Shown: positions 10,121 to 19,990 of the stretch, piece after piece
Layout: every line of letters begins with the position of its first letter
Position numbering within the stretch: the first letter of the stretch is position 1
IMG/VR virus record: IMGVR_UViG_3300050821_002540
Location: 9,694-73,693 of that record
DNA: 64,000 nt
Source: a virus
Strand: one strand, 5' to 3'
Made by a program: the position numbers and the translations under genes
The notes under the pieces: model-generated
Told to the model about the DNA's origin: nothing
Databases searched by the model: none
Seen by the model: the letters and a program-made list of their open reading frames with translations, nothing else

Positions 10121-12049
10121 TTGACAGTACAGATAAGAATTGACGGCAAGAGGATTCTTGCTATTGTTCCGTACAGGGGCGGCCGAGGGTCCATACAGGC
10201 AAAGCAGGTGCCTGGCGTTAAGGCAAAGTGGGACAAAGAAAAGTTTGTCGGATGGACCTACCCGCTCAGCCTAAATTCTTGCTATGCCCTCCGTCGTGTC
10301 TTCGGTGAGGAACTTGAGATCTCAGATGGCCTTGCTAAATGGGCACGTGCCGAGATCATCAAGAATAATACGCTTGAGGATTTCAGGGAAGAGGCGATTG
10401 CCAGCCAGACATTTGACCAGCTTGCGGAAGAGGCTCCGCAACTGTACCTTGCGATGGCGTCGCGGGAGTATCAGCTAGCAGGGACAGCATTCCTGGTAGC
10501 GGGTGGTCAAACGATACTCGGTGATGAGCCGGGACTAGGCAAGACACTGCAGGCACTAGGTGCTATCATCCAGAATGACGCAAAGACAATCCTCGTGGTG
10601 TGTCCTCGTACCGCAACACGTACAGTATGGGAACGCGAGACTGGTCGCTGGACTCCTAGCATAGCGACGTTTGTTGCTCAGGGAACACATGCCCAGCGTG
10701 AGGCTGTCATGAGCCGATTCTCAGACCATTCTGTCCTGATACCGGGGACACGAAAGATGCTCATAGTCAATACTGAGATGATTAGGGCAAAGAAGAGGGA
10801 AGTATGCCCGGAAGGGCTTGACCCCAAGTGGTGTGATGACAGGCCATTCGAGGCACGCGGCGATCACAGGCACCACTATGAGGTAGAGCCTGAATGGCCA
10901 TTCCTCAGCGAGCAGGCATGGGATGCAATAATACTTGACGAGTCCCACAACGCACTCGCGTCCACCGCCAACGTACAGAGCAAGAGGATTACCCTTGCCA
11001 GGCGCGGAGCCGTCAGGATCAGGAAGCGTCTCAGGAAGGGTGGACTAGCAGTAGCAGTCAGTGGGACGCCATTCCGGTCTGACCTAAGTAAGTCCTGGGG
11101 GACACTTAACTGGCTGAGGCCTGATGTGTTTAAGGGGTACTGGAGTTTTGCCGAACATCACTTCGGTGTTACATACAATGGCATCGCAAAAGTTGTTGGC
11201 AGGATCGAGGATGGCAGGCAGATTGTCGAGCCACTAGACCAGGAGGAATTTGACCGTGCGCTACGTCCATACTACCTCGCGCGGAGAAAAAGTGACGTGG
11301 TCCCTGACCTACCACCAATCATATATGCGGGCACTCCACCAGAAGGATTCCCCGATGGGCCATGTTACGTACGGCTTGATATGGAATCCAAGCAAGCTAA
11401 GGCGTATCGCCAGATGGAGGCTAACTCGGAGGCTGACCTCAATGGTGGTAGAGTACTTGCTAACGGAGTCCTTGCCGAGATCACTCGACTGAGGCAGTTT
11501 GCAAGCAGCTACGCACGGATAGCCGGGCCGGGTCACGTCATACCGGACACCCCAAGCAACAAGATCGACTGGATCTCTGACTTCATGTATGAGCGTGAGG
11601 GTGGAGATGGCAAAGTTGTTATTGCCAGTAGCTTCACACAGCTAGTCGAGATGACAGCGGCTATGCTCCGTAAGGACAAGTGGGAAGTCCTCACGCTTAC
11701 CGGGGCTACCAGCGACAAGAACAGAGCCATCCTTCAGCGAAGGTTCAATGACCAGGATGATCCTCTCCGTGTAGTTGCCATAAATACCAAGGCTGGCGGT
11801 GAGGCAATAACGCTCGACGCTGCCGATGACATGATAGTCATTGACATGCCCTGGACCAGCGATGAGTTCAAGCAGCTAGAGAACCGCATACACCGCGTCT
11901 CCCGCATACATCAGGTAACAGTCTACCGCCTGATAAGCAATGACACCATCGAGGAATGGATCGCTGACATGTCAGAGGAACAGCGAGCAATCCTTGAGGC
12001 TGCTAGCCCACGCAAGCTCAGCGAGATGATCAGAGAGGCACGAAGATGA
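10121..12049 (+). CDS. SNF2-family helicase
   Basis: DEPGLGKT (motif I), IILDESH (II), SGTP (III), GEAITL, Q.E.RIHR (VI). Confidence 0.92.
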   Translation: MTVQIRIDGKRILAIVPYRGGRGSIQAKQVPGVKAKWDKEKFVGWTYPLSLNSCYALRRVFGEELEISDGLAKWARAEIIKNNTLEDFREEAIASQTFDQLAEEAPQLYLAMASREYQLAGTAFLVAGGQTILGDEPGLGKTLQALGAIIQNDAKTILVVCPRTATRTVWERETGRWTPSIATFVAQGTHAQREAVMSRFSDHSVLIPGTRKMLIVNTEMIRAKKREVCPEGLDPKWCDDRPFEARGDHRHHYEVEPEWPFLSEQAWDAIILDESHNALASTANVQSKRITLARRGAVRIRKRLRKGGLAVAVSGTPFRSDLSKSWGTLNWLRPDVFKGYWSFAEHHFGVTYNGIAKVVGRIEDGRQIVEPLDQEEFDRALRPYYLARRKSDVVPDLPPIIYAGTPPEGFPDGPCYVRLDMESKQAKAYRQMEANSEADLNGGRVLANGVLAEITRLRQFASSYARIAGPGHVIPDTPSNKIDWISDFMYEREGGDGKVVIASSFTQLVEMTAAMLRKDKWEVLTLTGATSDKNRAILQRRFNDQDDPLRVVAINTKAGGEAITLDAADDMIVIDMPWTSDEFKQLENRIHRVSRIHQVTVYRLISNDTIEEWIADMSEEQRAILEAASPRKLSEMIREARR

Positions 12050-12629
12050 CCGATATGCGTAATGTCAGGAATGCTATCGCACGTGTGCGGTCAAACCTCA
12101 GGAACGTCGAGCATGAAGCCGTTCTTGGCAACAGTAATGGTGCGTTTGCCTCTGCCCAGGATGCCTGGCAGAATGCCTTTGACCTCATGCAGCTATTCGC
12201 CCTCACGGATGATGAGCTGGCAAAGGCAAAACCTGGAGCCAATGACCCGGAGACAAATTAATGTCAGATAGTGACGATAAGTTCCGCGAGTGGTTTGGTG
12301 CCAATGAGGGGAAACTCAGGCTTCCATGGAACACAGACTCACTCCGTGCTGCCTGGGAGGCCGGCAGGAAGTCGAGGGATAAGGAGATTGAATTTCTCCG
12401 AACGGTCACAGAACAGGGATGGGAATGACCTGGGAGACTGCTAATCCATGGGCCATTGTCGATATCGAGGCTCGGCCGCAGGTAGTTGTTACCAGGTATG
12501 AGAGCAAGGCAATGGCAACATGGTACCTCGGCTACCTACTTGCGCACGGGGCTGCGTCTACGCAGGCGAAACTCAGGCGCGGCGGGTACGGCATCGAGGA
12601 AAATTCTCGGAAGATGATGGCTGAAAAGG

Positions 12630-12658
12630 TAGCGTCAGCTCGCCGGATGGACTATACT
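12630..12658 (+). promoter_or_regulatory. Phage promoter TAGCGT-N17-TATACT, internal to ORF 12419
   Basis: Family member; RBS GGAAAGG and ATG 12716 downstream. Confidence 0.6.
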
Positions 12659-12715
12659 AAGGGTAACGCTAAGCCACGAACCACCAACGTAGAAAACAAG
12701 GGAAAGGTCACAACC

Positions 12716-13168
12716 ATGCCACCTCGCGGACGTAAGGGTGCTGCTGTTCCGGTCGAGCCAGAGGAAGTGCTTGAGGAAGAGAATGGTGCCGGCTTGTTCG
12801 ATCATCACCTGACCAAGGACCTCAGCCCTACGATGTCAACCTACGCGGACTGGTTCCACGCCAACGTAGCGGACATCGACCAGCTAGGCAAGGATGACCC
12901 GGCTCGACTGCTTGCCCTAGGCAGCACGCTGTACCCGCACTTCCAGAAGTCCCCGGAGAACCAGGCTGCCCGTGCAGAGCGAAAGGCTGCGCGTGCCGTC
13001 GCTGTCGAGCCTGAGCCCGAGCCTGAGCCTGAGCCTGTTGCTCAGCCTGCGCGCCGGGGCCGTCCCTCCACCAAGGCTGCGGCTGCGGCACCGGCTGCTG
13101 CTCCTGCAGCCAAGGCCCCCGCTCGTCGGCGCGGTGCCGCCCCGGCTGCGGCCGAGGCACCCTACTAG
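12716..13168 (+). CDS. Hypothetical protein with Ala/Pro/Arg-rich tail, possibly DNA-binding
   Basis: RBS and promoter; (EP)n repeat and RRGRP/AKAPARRR tail. Confidence 0.6.
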   Translation: MPPRGRKGAAVPVEPEEVLEEENGAGLFDHHLTKDLSPTMSTYADWFHANVADIDQLGKDDPARLLALGSTLYPHFQKSPENQAARAERKAARAVAVEPEPEPEPEPVAQPARRGRPSTKAAAAAPAAAPAAKAPARRRGAAPAAAEAPY

Positions 13169-13173
13169 AAAGC

Positions 13174-13475
13174 TCCTGTCCGGGGCGAAGTGACCGACCG
13201 GCTTGCCGCGTAGCCCGCAGGGGCATACGGTCTTCCCCGGACAGGACCAATGGTTGGAGCACCTGGATCACTGATCAGCTCCAGGTCCACGGAGGGCAGC
13301 ATGCGAGAGCCGTGCTTCCGGCAGGGGTCAAACCCCAAGCCCTCCACGCAGGCCGTGGGATCCCAAGGGTGTAGCGAGAACGGCTCTGGGTATTGGCGGT
13401 TCGATTCCGCCCCGCTACACCCACCTAAACGTCCAGCCCCTGGTGGCAACCATGGTCGGGTGCCGGGGGCTGGAC
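13174..13475 (+). ncRNA. Array of hairpins and truncated tRNA-like elements
   Basis: Stems 13174-13246, 13261-13286, 13291-13345, 13367-13422 (with T-arm GGCGG-TTCGATT-CCGCC) and 13431-13475. Confidence 0.45.
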
Positions 13476-13478
13476 CCA

Positions 13479-13548
13479 GGGGCGTTGGTGTATGGGTAGC
13501 ACGCTTAGGTTTGATCTAAGAGCACCAGGTTCGAGTCCTGCAGCCCCA
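13479..13548 (+). tRNA. tRNA-Gln(TTG), imperfect acceptor stem
   Basis: D-stem GTGT/GCAC; anticodon stem CTTAG/CTAAG with loop GTTTGAT; T-loop GGTTCGAGTCC; GGGGC/GCCCC acceptor. Confidence 0.7.
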
Positions 13549-13569
13549 CGGCCAATAACTGGAGGAACA

Positions 13570-13842
13570 ATGATGACATGGGGCCGTACGTACTGGCCGA
13601 TCTTCCTGGACATCTCCTCAATATGGGTGCTACTTGGCTTCGGAGTGCCCGAGGCAATAGCACTCATCAATCACAAGCTACATGTAGATGACACACTCTC
13701 CTACTATGCCCGTACCGAGCTACATATCAGTGTAGCGACAGCGGCTACGGCGCACACACTTGCATGGTACCTCTCATTCATCGTGTGGATGTCATTCGTC
13801 ATATTCATCACAGCCCACATCTGGTTCGACCAGTTCGGATAA
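13570..13842 (+). CDS. Membrane protein
   Basis: RBS GGAGG; two hydrophobic segments. Confidence 0.6.
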   Translation: MMTWGRTYWPIFLDISSIWVLLGFGVPEAIALINHKLHVDDTLSYYARTELHISVATAATAHTLAWYLSFIVWMSFVIFITAHIWFDQFG

Positions 13843-13952
13843 TGAAAGAAACTCGCCCACAGGGACCACCGTGTGTGAGCGGTGCGGAAGAACGGCTAGC
13901 CAGGATGCGATCGGCCAGGCGTGCCTAACTCGCGGCACCATGAGGGAGACAA

Positions 13953-14933
13953 ATGACTGGACTGCCACTAGTAACTACAACGTCTCGCTCGACGTTCCGG
14001 CGCTGCCCACAGAAGTGGGTATGGCGATTTGAGGATGGCCTAACTCAAAAAGGTGAGACCGCTGATGCCCTGTGGTTTGGTACTGGAGTCCATGAAGCTC
14101 TTGCTAAGTGGTACCTGAGGGGTGCGCGACGCGGGCCGCGACCTGCTGATACATTTGACAACTGGTGCTCCAATGAGATGCGCGAGATTCGTGCATCCCG
14201 CGAGGAATGGGAAGACCAGGCTAAGTATGAGGATGCTCTTGAACTTGGCATAGCTATGCTCGACAACTACATTCAAGAGTATGGTGCTGATGATAACTGG
14301 GACATAGTTGCGATCGAGCAGCCATTCAAGATTAGGGTGACCTGGCACGGTAAGCCGGTCGCCCTGTTCATGTCTACCTGGGATGGCGTCTACCGGGACA
14401 GGAAAGATGGCAAGCTCTACCTCCTGGAACATAAGACAGCAAGCCAGATCACCCTCCCCTACCTTGCACTTGATGATCAGGCAGGAGTGTACCTGGCCGT
14501 TGCTGAACAGTGGCTCAAGACCAAGAACATTATGAGGCAAAATGAGCACATCGCCGGAATCATGTACAACTTCCTCAGGAAGACAATGGGTGATGACCGG
14601 GATCGGAATGAAGGTGGAGCCTACCTAAACAAAGATGGCTCGGTAAGCAAGAAGCAGCCGCCACCACCGTTTGTCCGGAACCTAGTTGAGCGTGGCCCCG
14701 GCGAGAGCAGGACTCAGATGGAGCGACTAGCCAATGAGGTAGCTGTCATGAATGCTGTCCGAGACGGTACCATCCCAGTAACTAAGAGCACCACCAAGGA
14801 CTGCACATGGTGCGAGTTCTTTTATGTATGCACTCTCCATGAGCGTGGCAGTACCACTGCCTTCAATGAGTACGTTCGTCACGGCTTCACAAAGAAAAAT
14901 CCATTCGACCGTTACCAGAAGAGCGCAGGATGA
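13953..14933 (+). CDS. PD-(D/E)XK RecB/Cas4-like exonuclease
   Basis: S...FRRCP, FGTGVHEAL, WDGV, LEHKT, CTWCEF..VC. Confidence 0.88.
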   Translation: MTGLPLVTTTSRSTFRRCPQKWVWRFEDGLTQKGETADALWFGTGVHEALAKWYLRGARRGPRPADTFDNWCSNEMREIRASREEWEDQAKYEDALELGIAMLDNYIQEYGADDNWDIVAIEQPFKIRVTWHGKPVALFMSTWDGVYRDRKDGKLYLLEHKTASQITLPYLALDDQAGVYLAVAEQWLKTKNIMRQNEHIAGIMYNFLRKTMGDDRDRNEGGAYLNKDGSVSKKQPPPPFVRNLVERGPGESRTQMERLANEVAVMNAVRDGTIPVTKSTTKDCTWCEFFYVCTLHERGSTTAFNEYVRHGFTKKNPFDRYQKSAG

Positions 14934-15199
14934 ATGCTGACGAGTACGGAAACCCTGACTTTGAGCACCCTGAGCCACCCGCGCCGGGTCTCGGCCACAA
15001 CCTCTACCATCCAGTCCCGACCGACAAATGTATCTGTACCGACGGCCCTTGTATGCTTTTGTCTGAGGAACGTAAGGTACCGACACCTTGCTCTGAAACG
15101 CCAACTCAGGAAGACCTACTCTGTGACGAATGCAGGGATAGTGATGTAAGTGGCAAGAAACATTGTCATCCATGTATGTAATATGAAGTGGAGTAAATA

Positions 15200-16036
15200 A
15201 TGCCACCAACACGCGGGGTACGAAAGCCACGACAGGCACGATCAGGCAATCAGGCCGAGAGCCCACTCGCCATAGATGCTGACGTTGTAGAAATCAAGAT
15301 CGAGGATATTGCCAGCTTCAGGGAGAGCAAGAACATCTGCCTCTTTGGACCGTCGGGACACGGCAAGACGACCCTCGCGAGTGGCGCTCCAAGGTCAACA
15401 TTCCTGACAACAGAAAAGGGCCTGTCCTCAGCTCAGACCGCCGGGTCAAGGTCAGGTATTATGCGTGCCTATGACTGGGAGCATATAAAGGCCGGTCTAG
15501 ACCTGGCTGACGAGAAGCTTGGCGAGGATGACTGGCTTATTGTAGACAGCGCCACAAAGATGCAGGTTCTCTACATGCGCTGGATCCTACGTATGCAGAA
15601 CCAGGCTAACAGTAGCCGCAGTCTTGACATTCCTGCTCTCCAGGATCACCAGCAGTACCAGAATGGTTTTAAGCGCTTCATCGATCACATCATTGATGCC
15701 AAGTACAACTCAATAGTCATCTTCGGAGAGATGGAGATCCCTGGTGAGGATGATGAGATGGAGCGCGTACCTCACATTGAGGGCGGCAAGACGTTCCAGG
15801 TATGCCGGTATGTCATAGGACAGTTTGACGTGGGCATCCGGTACTCCGTTAGCCGGAAGCTAAGCGGTCCAGGCGATACAAAGCGGATCGCCCTAACCCA
15901 GCCCACTGACCAGTACTGGGCCAAGGACCGATACAGTGCCCTCGGTGACTACCAGATAGTAGAGCCGGGTGAGTATGATGCCATGGCACAGTTCATCGAG
16001 ATGATATATGAGTCACGAGGGGAGGTAGTCAAGTGA
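15200..16036 (+). CDS. AAA ATPase, Sak4/RecA-like recombinase
   Basis: Walker A GPSGHGKT, Walker B LIVDS, AKDR motif; lies between nuclease and SSB. Confidence 0.85.
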   Translation: MPPTRGVRKPRQARSGNQAESPLAIDADVVEIKIEDIASFRESKNICLFGPSGHGKTTLASGAPRSTFLTTEKGLSSAQTAGSRSGIMRAYDWEHIKAGLDLADEKLGEDDWLIVDSATKMQVLYMRWILRMQNQANSSRSLDIPALQDHQQYQNGFKRFIDHIIDAKYNSIVIFGEMEIPGEDDEMERVPHIEGGKTFQVCRYVIGQFDVGIRYSVSRKLSGPGDTKRIALTQPTDQYWAKDRYSALGDYQIVEPGEYDAMAQFIEMIYESRGEVVK

Positions 16037-16412
16037 GGTATGACACGCTTATGCTGGCAATCGAACGTTTCCTTGACCGGAAGCAAGAACAGACCGGCGA
16101 GAAGTGCGAGAACCCAAAGTGCATGATATGTAATAGCACATATGCTAACCCGGCAGGGACAATGCACTGGTGGCCAGTAGGAAAGGTTAGGTCATACATT
16201 TGACGCACAGGTGTATGCTTGGATCGTGTGGATGGGCCAGTCCCGATGAGCCAGATCAGTTCTCGGGGTGTAGGGCAACCTGGCATATCTTCGAGGATCA
16301 CCCAGATGTTTGGCTCAGGACATTCGGTGACAGAAAGCCGGTGGACCCAGACCCACGCACCGATGAGGGCATGATGGCAATCAGGGTAAACATCATACTA
16401 TCTGGAGGATAA

Positions 16413-16637
16413 GTGCCCCCTAGACGGCAGAAGCCCGAGTCCGGTAGGGTATCGATAGTCGATGCCGACACGATGCTCATGCAACAGTTTAGGCTCCACT
16501 GTCAGAAGCGCCACCCACAGATGAAGTTCTGGTCAATAGGCGAGCATATCGCAGACCACAGGCTTCATGATGACTCTCTTAACCATATCCACACCAAGGA
16601 AGCACCAACAGAAGAGGAAGGCAGCACAGATGCCTAA
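16413..16637 (+). CDS. His-rich hypothetical protein
   Basis: RBS GGAGG; DAD.M...F.LH...RH...RLH pattern shared with ORF 25885. Confidence 0.55.
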   Translation: MPPRRQKPESGRVSIVDADTMLMQQFRLHCQKRHPQMKFWSIGEHIADHRLHDDSLNHIHTKEAPTEEEGSTDA

Positions 16638-17454
16638 GCTCCGCAAGGAAGAGACAGAAGACATGGATGTAGCTGAGCTGGAGGCCGCTGAGTACAGCGA
16701 CGAGCAGTTCAGCAAGTATGGCGGGGATGTCCCGCCGAACGACACGATCCTCAGGGCCAAGGTGTCCAAGATGTGGTGGTCCCGTACAAATGCAGGTGAC
16801 CCCATGCTTGTCGCCCTCGTTGAGGCGGATGAGAATGAAGGTCTTCTCGGTGAGTACAACGGACTCCCCTGCTGGGAGCGGATGTCGCTAACTACAGGAG
16901 CCAAGTTCAAGTGGGCACCATTCCTGGAGCACTTCGGCCTCTCGATCAGGGACGTCAAGGGAAAGATCATCCTTGAATCTGATGAGGACGACAGCATTGG
17001 CGCCCCGATCGTGAAGATCGACAAATTCGCACCAGGCTCGGAAGATGCATGGTGCCGGATTATCATCCAGCGCGAGAAGTACAATGACAACTGGCAGGCT
17101 CACGTAGCAGGCTGGCTCCCCTACGATGAGGATGAGGAGCCTCAGGATGCAGACGAGGAACTGGAAGATGAGGATGATGACCTGGAGGATGAGGATGATG
17201 CAGAGGACGAGGAGGCTGAGGAGTCCGTCCCAGTGGTAGCGAAGCGGGGGAGGCAGCCCGCTAGGAGCGCTTCTAAGGCCGCCGCAGCCCCGGCCGCTAC
17301 CCCTACCCGCGCGGCGGGTCGCAAGCCCGCTCCGGCCGCGTCCGCCCCGGCCAGGGCTAGGCAGTCCCGTACGGCTACCGCCGCGAAGCCCGCCCCGGCC
17401 CCTGCGCGGCGGGGACGCCGCCCCGCCACCGAGGACAATGAGCCTCCTTTCTAG
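16630..17454 (+). CDS. ssDNA-binding protein (DUF669-like) with acidic and Ala/Pro tail
   Basis: Position after recombinase; acidic tract; ends in EPPF, an SSB-type acidic-Phe tip. Confidence 0.65.
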   Translation: MPKLRKEETEDMDVAELEAAEYSDEQFSKYGGDVPPNDTILRAKVSKMWWSRTNAGDPMLVALVEADENEGLLGEYNGLPCWERMSLTTGAKFKWAPFLEHFGLSIRDVKGKIILESDEDDSIGAPIVKIDKFAPGSEDAWCRIIIQREKYNDNWQAHVAGWLPYDEDEEPQDADEELEDEDDDLEDEDDAEDEEAEESVPVVAKRGRQPARSASKAAAAPAATPTRAAGRKPAPAASAPARARQSRTATAAKPAPAPARRGRRPATEDNEPPF

Positions 17455-17805
17455 AACAGCCCTGGGGCCAGCTCATCAATGCCATCTTCGGTGAGTGTCT
17501 AGGCCATATCCAAGAAGCTGAGCAGGTCGGCCGCTGCGTCTACTGTAGACAATGCGGCCGACGGCTCTACCAGGGCACAAAAATGAACCCCATCGAGCTC
17601 TTCAATCTCAGGAAGGAATGGGGTAAGTGACTTACTTTGATGCTAAAGTTGAGCCTACAGATCACAGTAAGATCGGCGGGCACACCCTGATAATACATCA
17701 TTACAATCCGCAGCAAGGCCAGGCCTGGGTTGACCTCACAGACCACCAGCTCACTATGATAGCCCTGGCAATCCTAGGCCACCTAGCATCAGTCAAGGAG
17801 TTACG

Positions 17806-18615
17806 GTGAAGGTAATCGTCATTGGGTGCGGACCCGCAGGACTCGCGGCTGCTCACGCTGCTGTAGGGCTGGGTGCAGAGGTACGTGTAATAGCACCAAA
17901 GAAGATGACTCCGCAGAACGGTCCGGTAACGATACAGAATCCAATCCCTGGCATTTCAGTAGACCATCCTGACGGTTACATTCGCCAGCTAGTGGTCGGT
18001 GGCTCAATACTTGACTACAGACTGAAATTGTATGGTGATGTTAACGTCAACATCAACGGTAACATCATGCGTCCCGGCTACGACGCATGGCAGGTCAGGG
18101 CTGCCTACTACAAGATGTGGGACCTGTACTCCTGGATGGTCGAAGATGGAATGGTAGCGCCCGGAGACATTCAATGGCTAGTTCGTGATAGTGACCTGGT
18201 AGTCTGCTCAGCTCCAGCAAAAAGCCTGTGCTACCAGGATTGCGACAAGCTACTTGCCCGCGATCAGGAATGTCATGAGTTCCGGAGCGTGCCTATCGCC
18301 CTCAAGTTCAGCACAAGCTATCCGAACCAGCCGGAAAATACCGTAATATACAATGCCCGAAAGGATGAGCCATGGGTGAGGAGTAGCCTCATTTTTGGTG
18401 TGGGGGTAACCGACTACAAGGTTGAGGACTGTCCTAACCCTGACCTGATAATCCAGAAGCCACTAGGCACCGACTGTGACTGTCACCCAAAGGTGCTTCG
18501 GGTAGGCCGGTATGGCAAGTGGCACAACTTGTCATGGATCGACAGCGCATACTCAGAAACTCGCGAGTCTTTGTTGTCAATGATGCACCAGCAAGAATGG
18601 AGTTCTGTTGTCTAG
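17806..18615 (+). CDS. FAD/NAD(P)-binding oxidoreductase
   Basis: Rossmann motif VIVIGCGPAGLAAA; C-terminal GRYGKW. Confidence 0.8.
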   Translation: MKVIVIGCGPAGLAAAHAAVGLGAEVRVIAPKKMTPQNGPVTIQNPIPGISVDHPDGYIRQLVVGGSILDYRLKLYGDVNVNINGNIMRPGYDAWQVRAAYYKMWDLYSWMVEDGMVAPGDIQWLVRDSDLVVCSAPAKSLCYQDCDKLLARDQECHEFRSVPIALKFSTSYPNQPENTVIYNARKDEPWVRSSLIFGVGVTDYKVEDCPNPDLIIQKPLGTDCDCHPKVLRVGRYGKWHNLSWIDSAYSETRESLLSMMHQQEWSSVV

Positions 18616-18731
18616 CCTGTATGAGGTAGAGACAATCGCAACAACAACGGAAATTGTCGAGGCTGAGTCAGAGAAGGAGGCAATAGACAAGGTAGAGGCT
18701 CGCGGCCTGACGGTAACAGGAGCCAGGAAGC

Positions 18732-18761
18732 TAGAGCCGCAGGACCCTGATACGCTATAAT
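18732..18761 (+). promoter_or_regulatory. Phage promoter TAGAGC-N18-TATAAT
   Basis: Family member upstream of the thyX-like gene. Confidence 0.55.
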
Positions 18762-18781
18762 CGAGGTAGGAGGGAATCGTA

Positions 18782-19990
18782 ATGGCAACTCAGAAGCCCG
18801 ATGGTAGCTGGGACATCAGCGATGAGGAAGCTCGCCAGATCAACGAAATCTCAGAAGCCGAGTCACAGCAACGTCACGATCAGTACGTGAGGAACAACAT
18901 GGACGATCCGCTCGACCTTGTATTCAGGTCGATAGTACACAACCACACGCGTAGTGATGGATGTGGCGTAAACTGCCCAATGTACCTGAAATTCAATCAC
19001 GATAAGACTCACGTCACGGGGTGCGGTCCTGGCTGTGTGTCATGGTTCTACCTATCGCCTCAAGTTGAAGAGGCAACCTTCCTGTCAGAACCTCCAGAAG
19101 AGCAGACCAGGGAGGTGGTCAGGTGGGCGGATGAGGCAATGTTCGTTGCCAAGCCGCTTACACCAGACACAGATGGACAGCTTAGGCCGGAAGTTACAAT
19201 CATTCATATGACGGCCGACCCGCTCCGGGTAATGGCGGCCGCAGCACAGATGTATGAGGGCGATCCCGTCTATAGCCCAAATGACATACCTCGCCGCCTA
19301 GCTGAAGAATGGCTCAGGAAGACTCTTGCCCATAATTATCCGGCACCTCTTGAATTTGTCGATATCCACTTCATGATCAGGAACGTTACCAGGGCATTTA
19401 CACACCAGATGGTCCGACAGAGGCAGGCGGTGTACATTCAGGAATCGCTACGCTTCGCCGTCAAGGAGAATGCCGCAATGGAGGTTGTAATGCCTCCTAG
19501 CATCTCACATCTGTCAATCGATGATCCACGGCGTGTAGAATGGGAGAAGGCAGTTAGGGAGATTGGTGACTCATACAATGCACTTATCAATACGGGTATT
19601 CCGGCCGAGGATGCCCGTGGCCTACTCCCTACCAACATTGGGACCAGTCTCCATTACAAGACAAACCTGCGCATGCTCCGGGAGCACTCAGGGAACCGGC
19701 TGTGCTCCCAGGCCCAGCACGAGTGGAAGCTAGTATGGGGCGAGTTCATCAAGGCCATACTCAGCTACGGCCCGGCCAGTCAGAGGTGGCAGCAGAAGCT
19801 CATCGCGAGTATGTTCAAGCCGATCTGCTACCAGACTGGCAAGTGTGAGTACCCGCTCCCAATGGGACGGTACTGCGCCATCCGTGACATGGTAGATGCC
19901 CACCACTACGCCGGTGACACGCCTGAGTCATGGACTGACATCAACCCGCTCGTCCTCCTGCATCCAGAGGTGGCTCGTCGTGCCCAGTGA
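18782..19990 (+). CDS. thyX: ThyX-like flavin-dependent thymidylate synthase with N-terminal extension
   Basis: VTRAFTHQMVRQR..QESLRF; GIPAEDARGLLP; NLR...RLC..AQ.EW; canonical RHR appears as RQR. Confidence 0.85.
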   Translation: MATQKPDGSWDISDEEARQINEISEAESQQRHDQYVRNNMDDPLDLVFRSIVHNHTRSDGCGVNCPMYLKFNHDKTHVTGCGPGCVSWFYLSPQVEEATFLSEPPEEQTREVVRWADEAMFVAKPLTPDTDGQLRPEVTIIHMTADPLRVMAAAAQMYEGDPVYSPNDIPRRLAEEWLRKTLAHNYPAPLEFVDIHFMIRNVTRAFTHQMVRQRQAVYIQESLRFAVKENAAMEVVMPPSISHLSIDDPRRVEWEKAVREIGDSYNALINTGIPAEDARGLLPTNIGTSLHYKTNLRMLREHSGNRLCSQAQHEWKLVWGEFIKAILSYGPASQRWQQKLIASMFKPICYQTGKCEYPLPMGRYCAIRDMVDAHHYAGDTPESWTDINPLVLLHPEVARRAQ

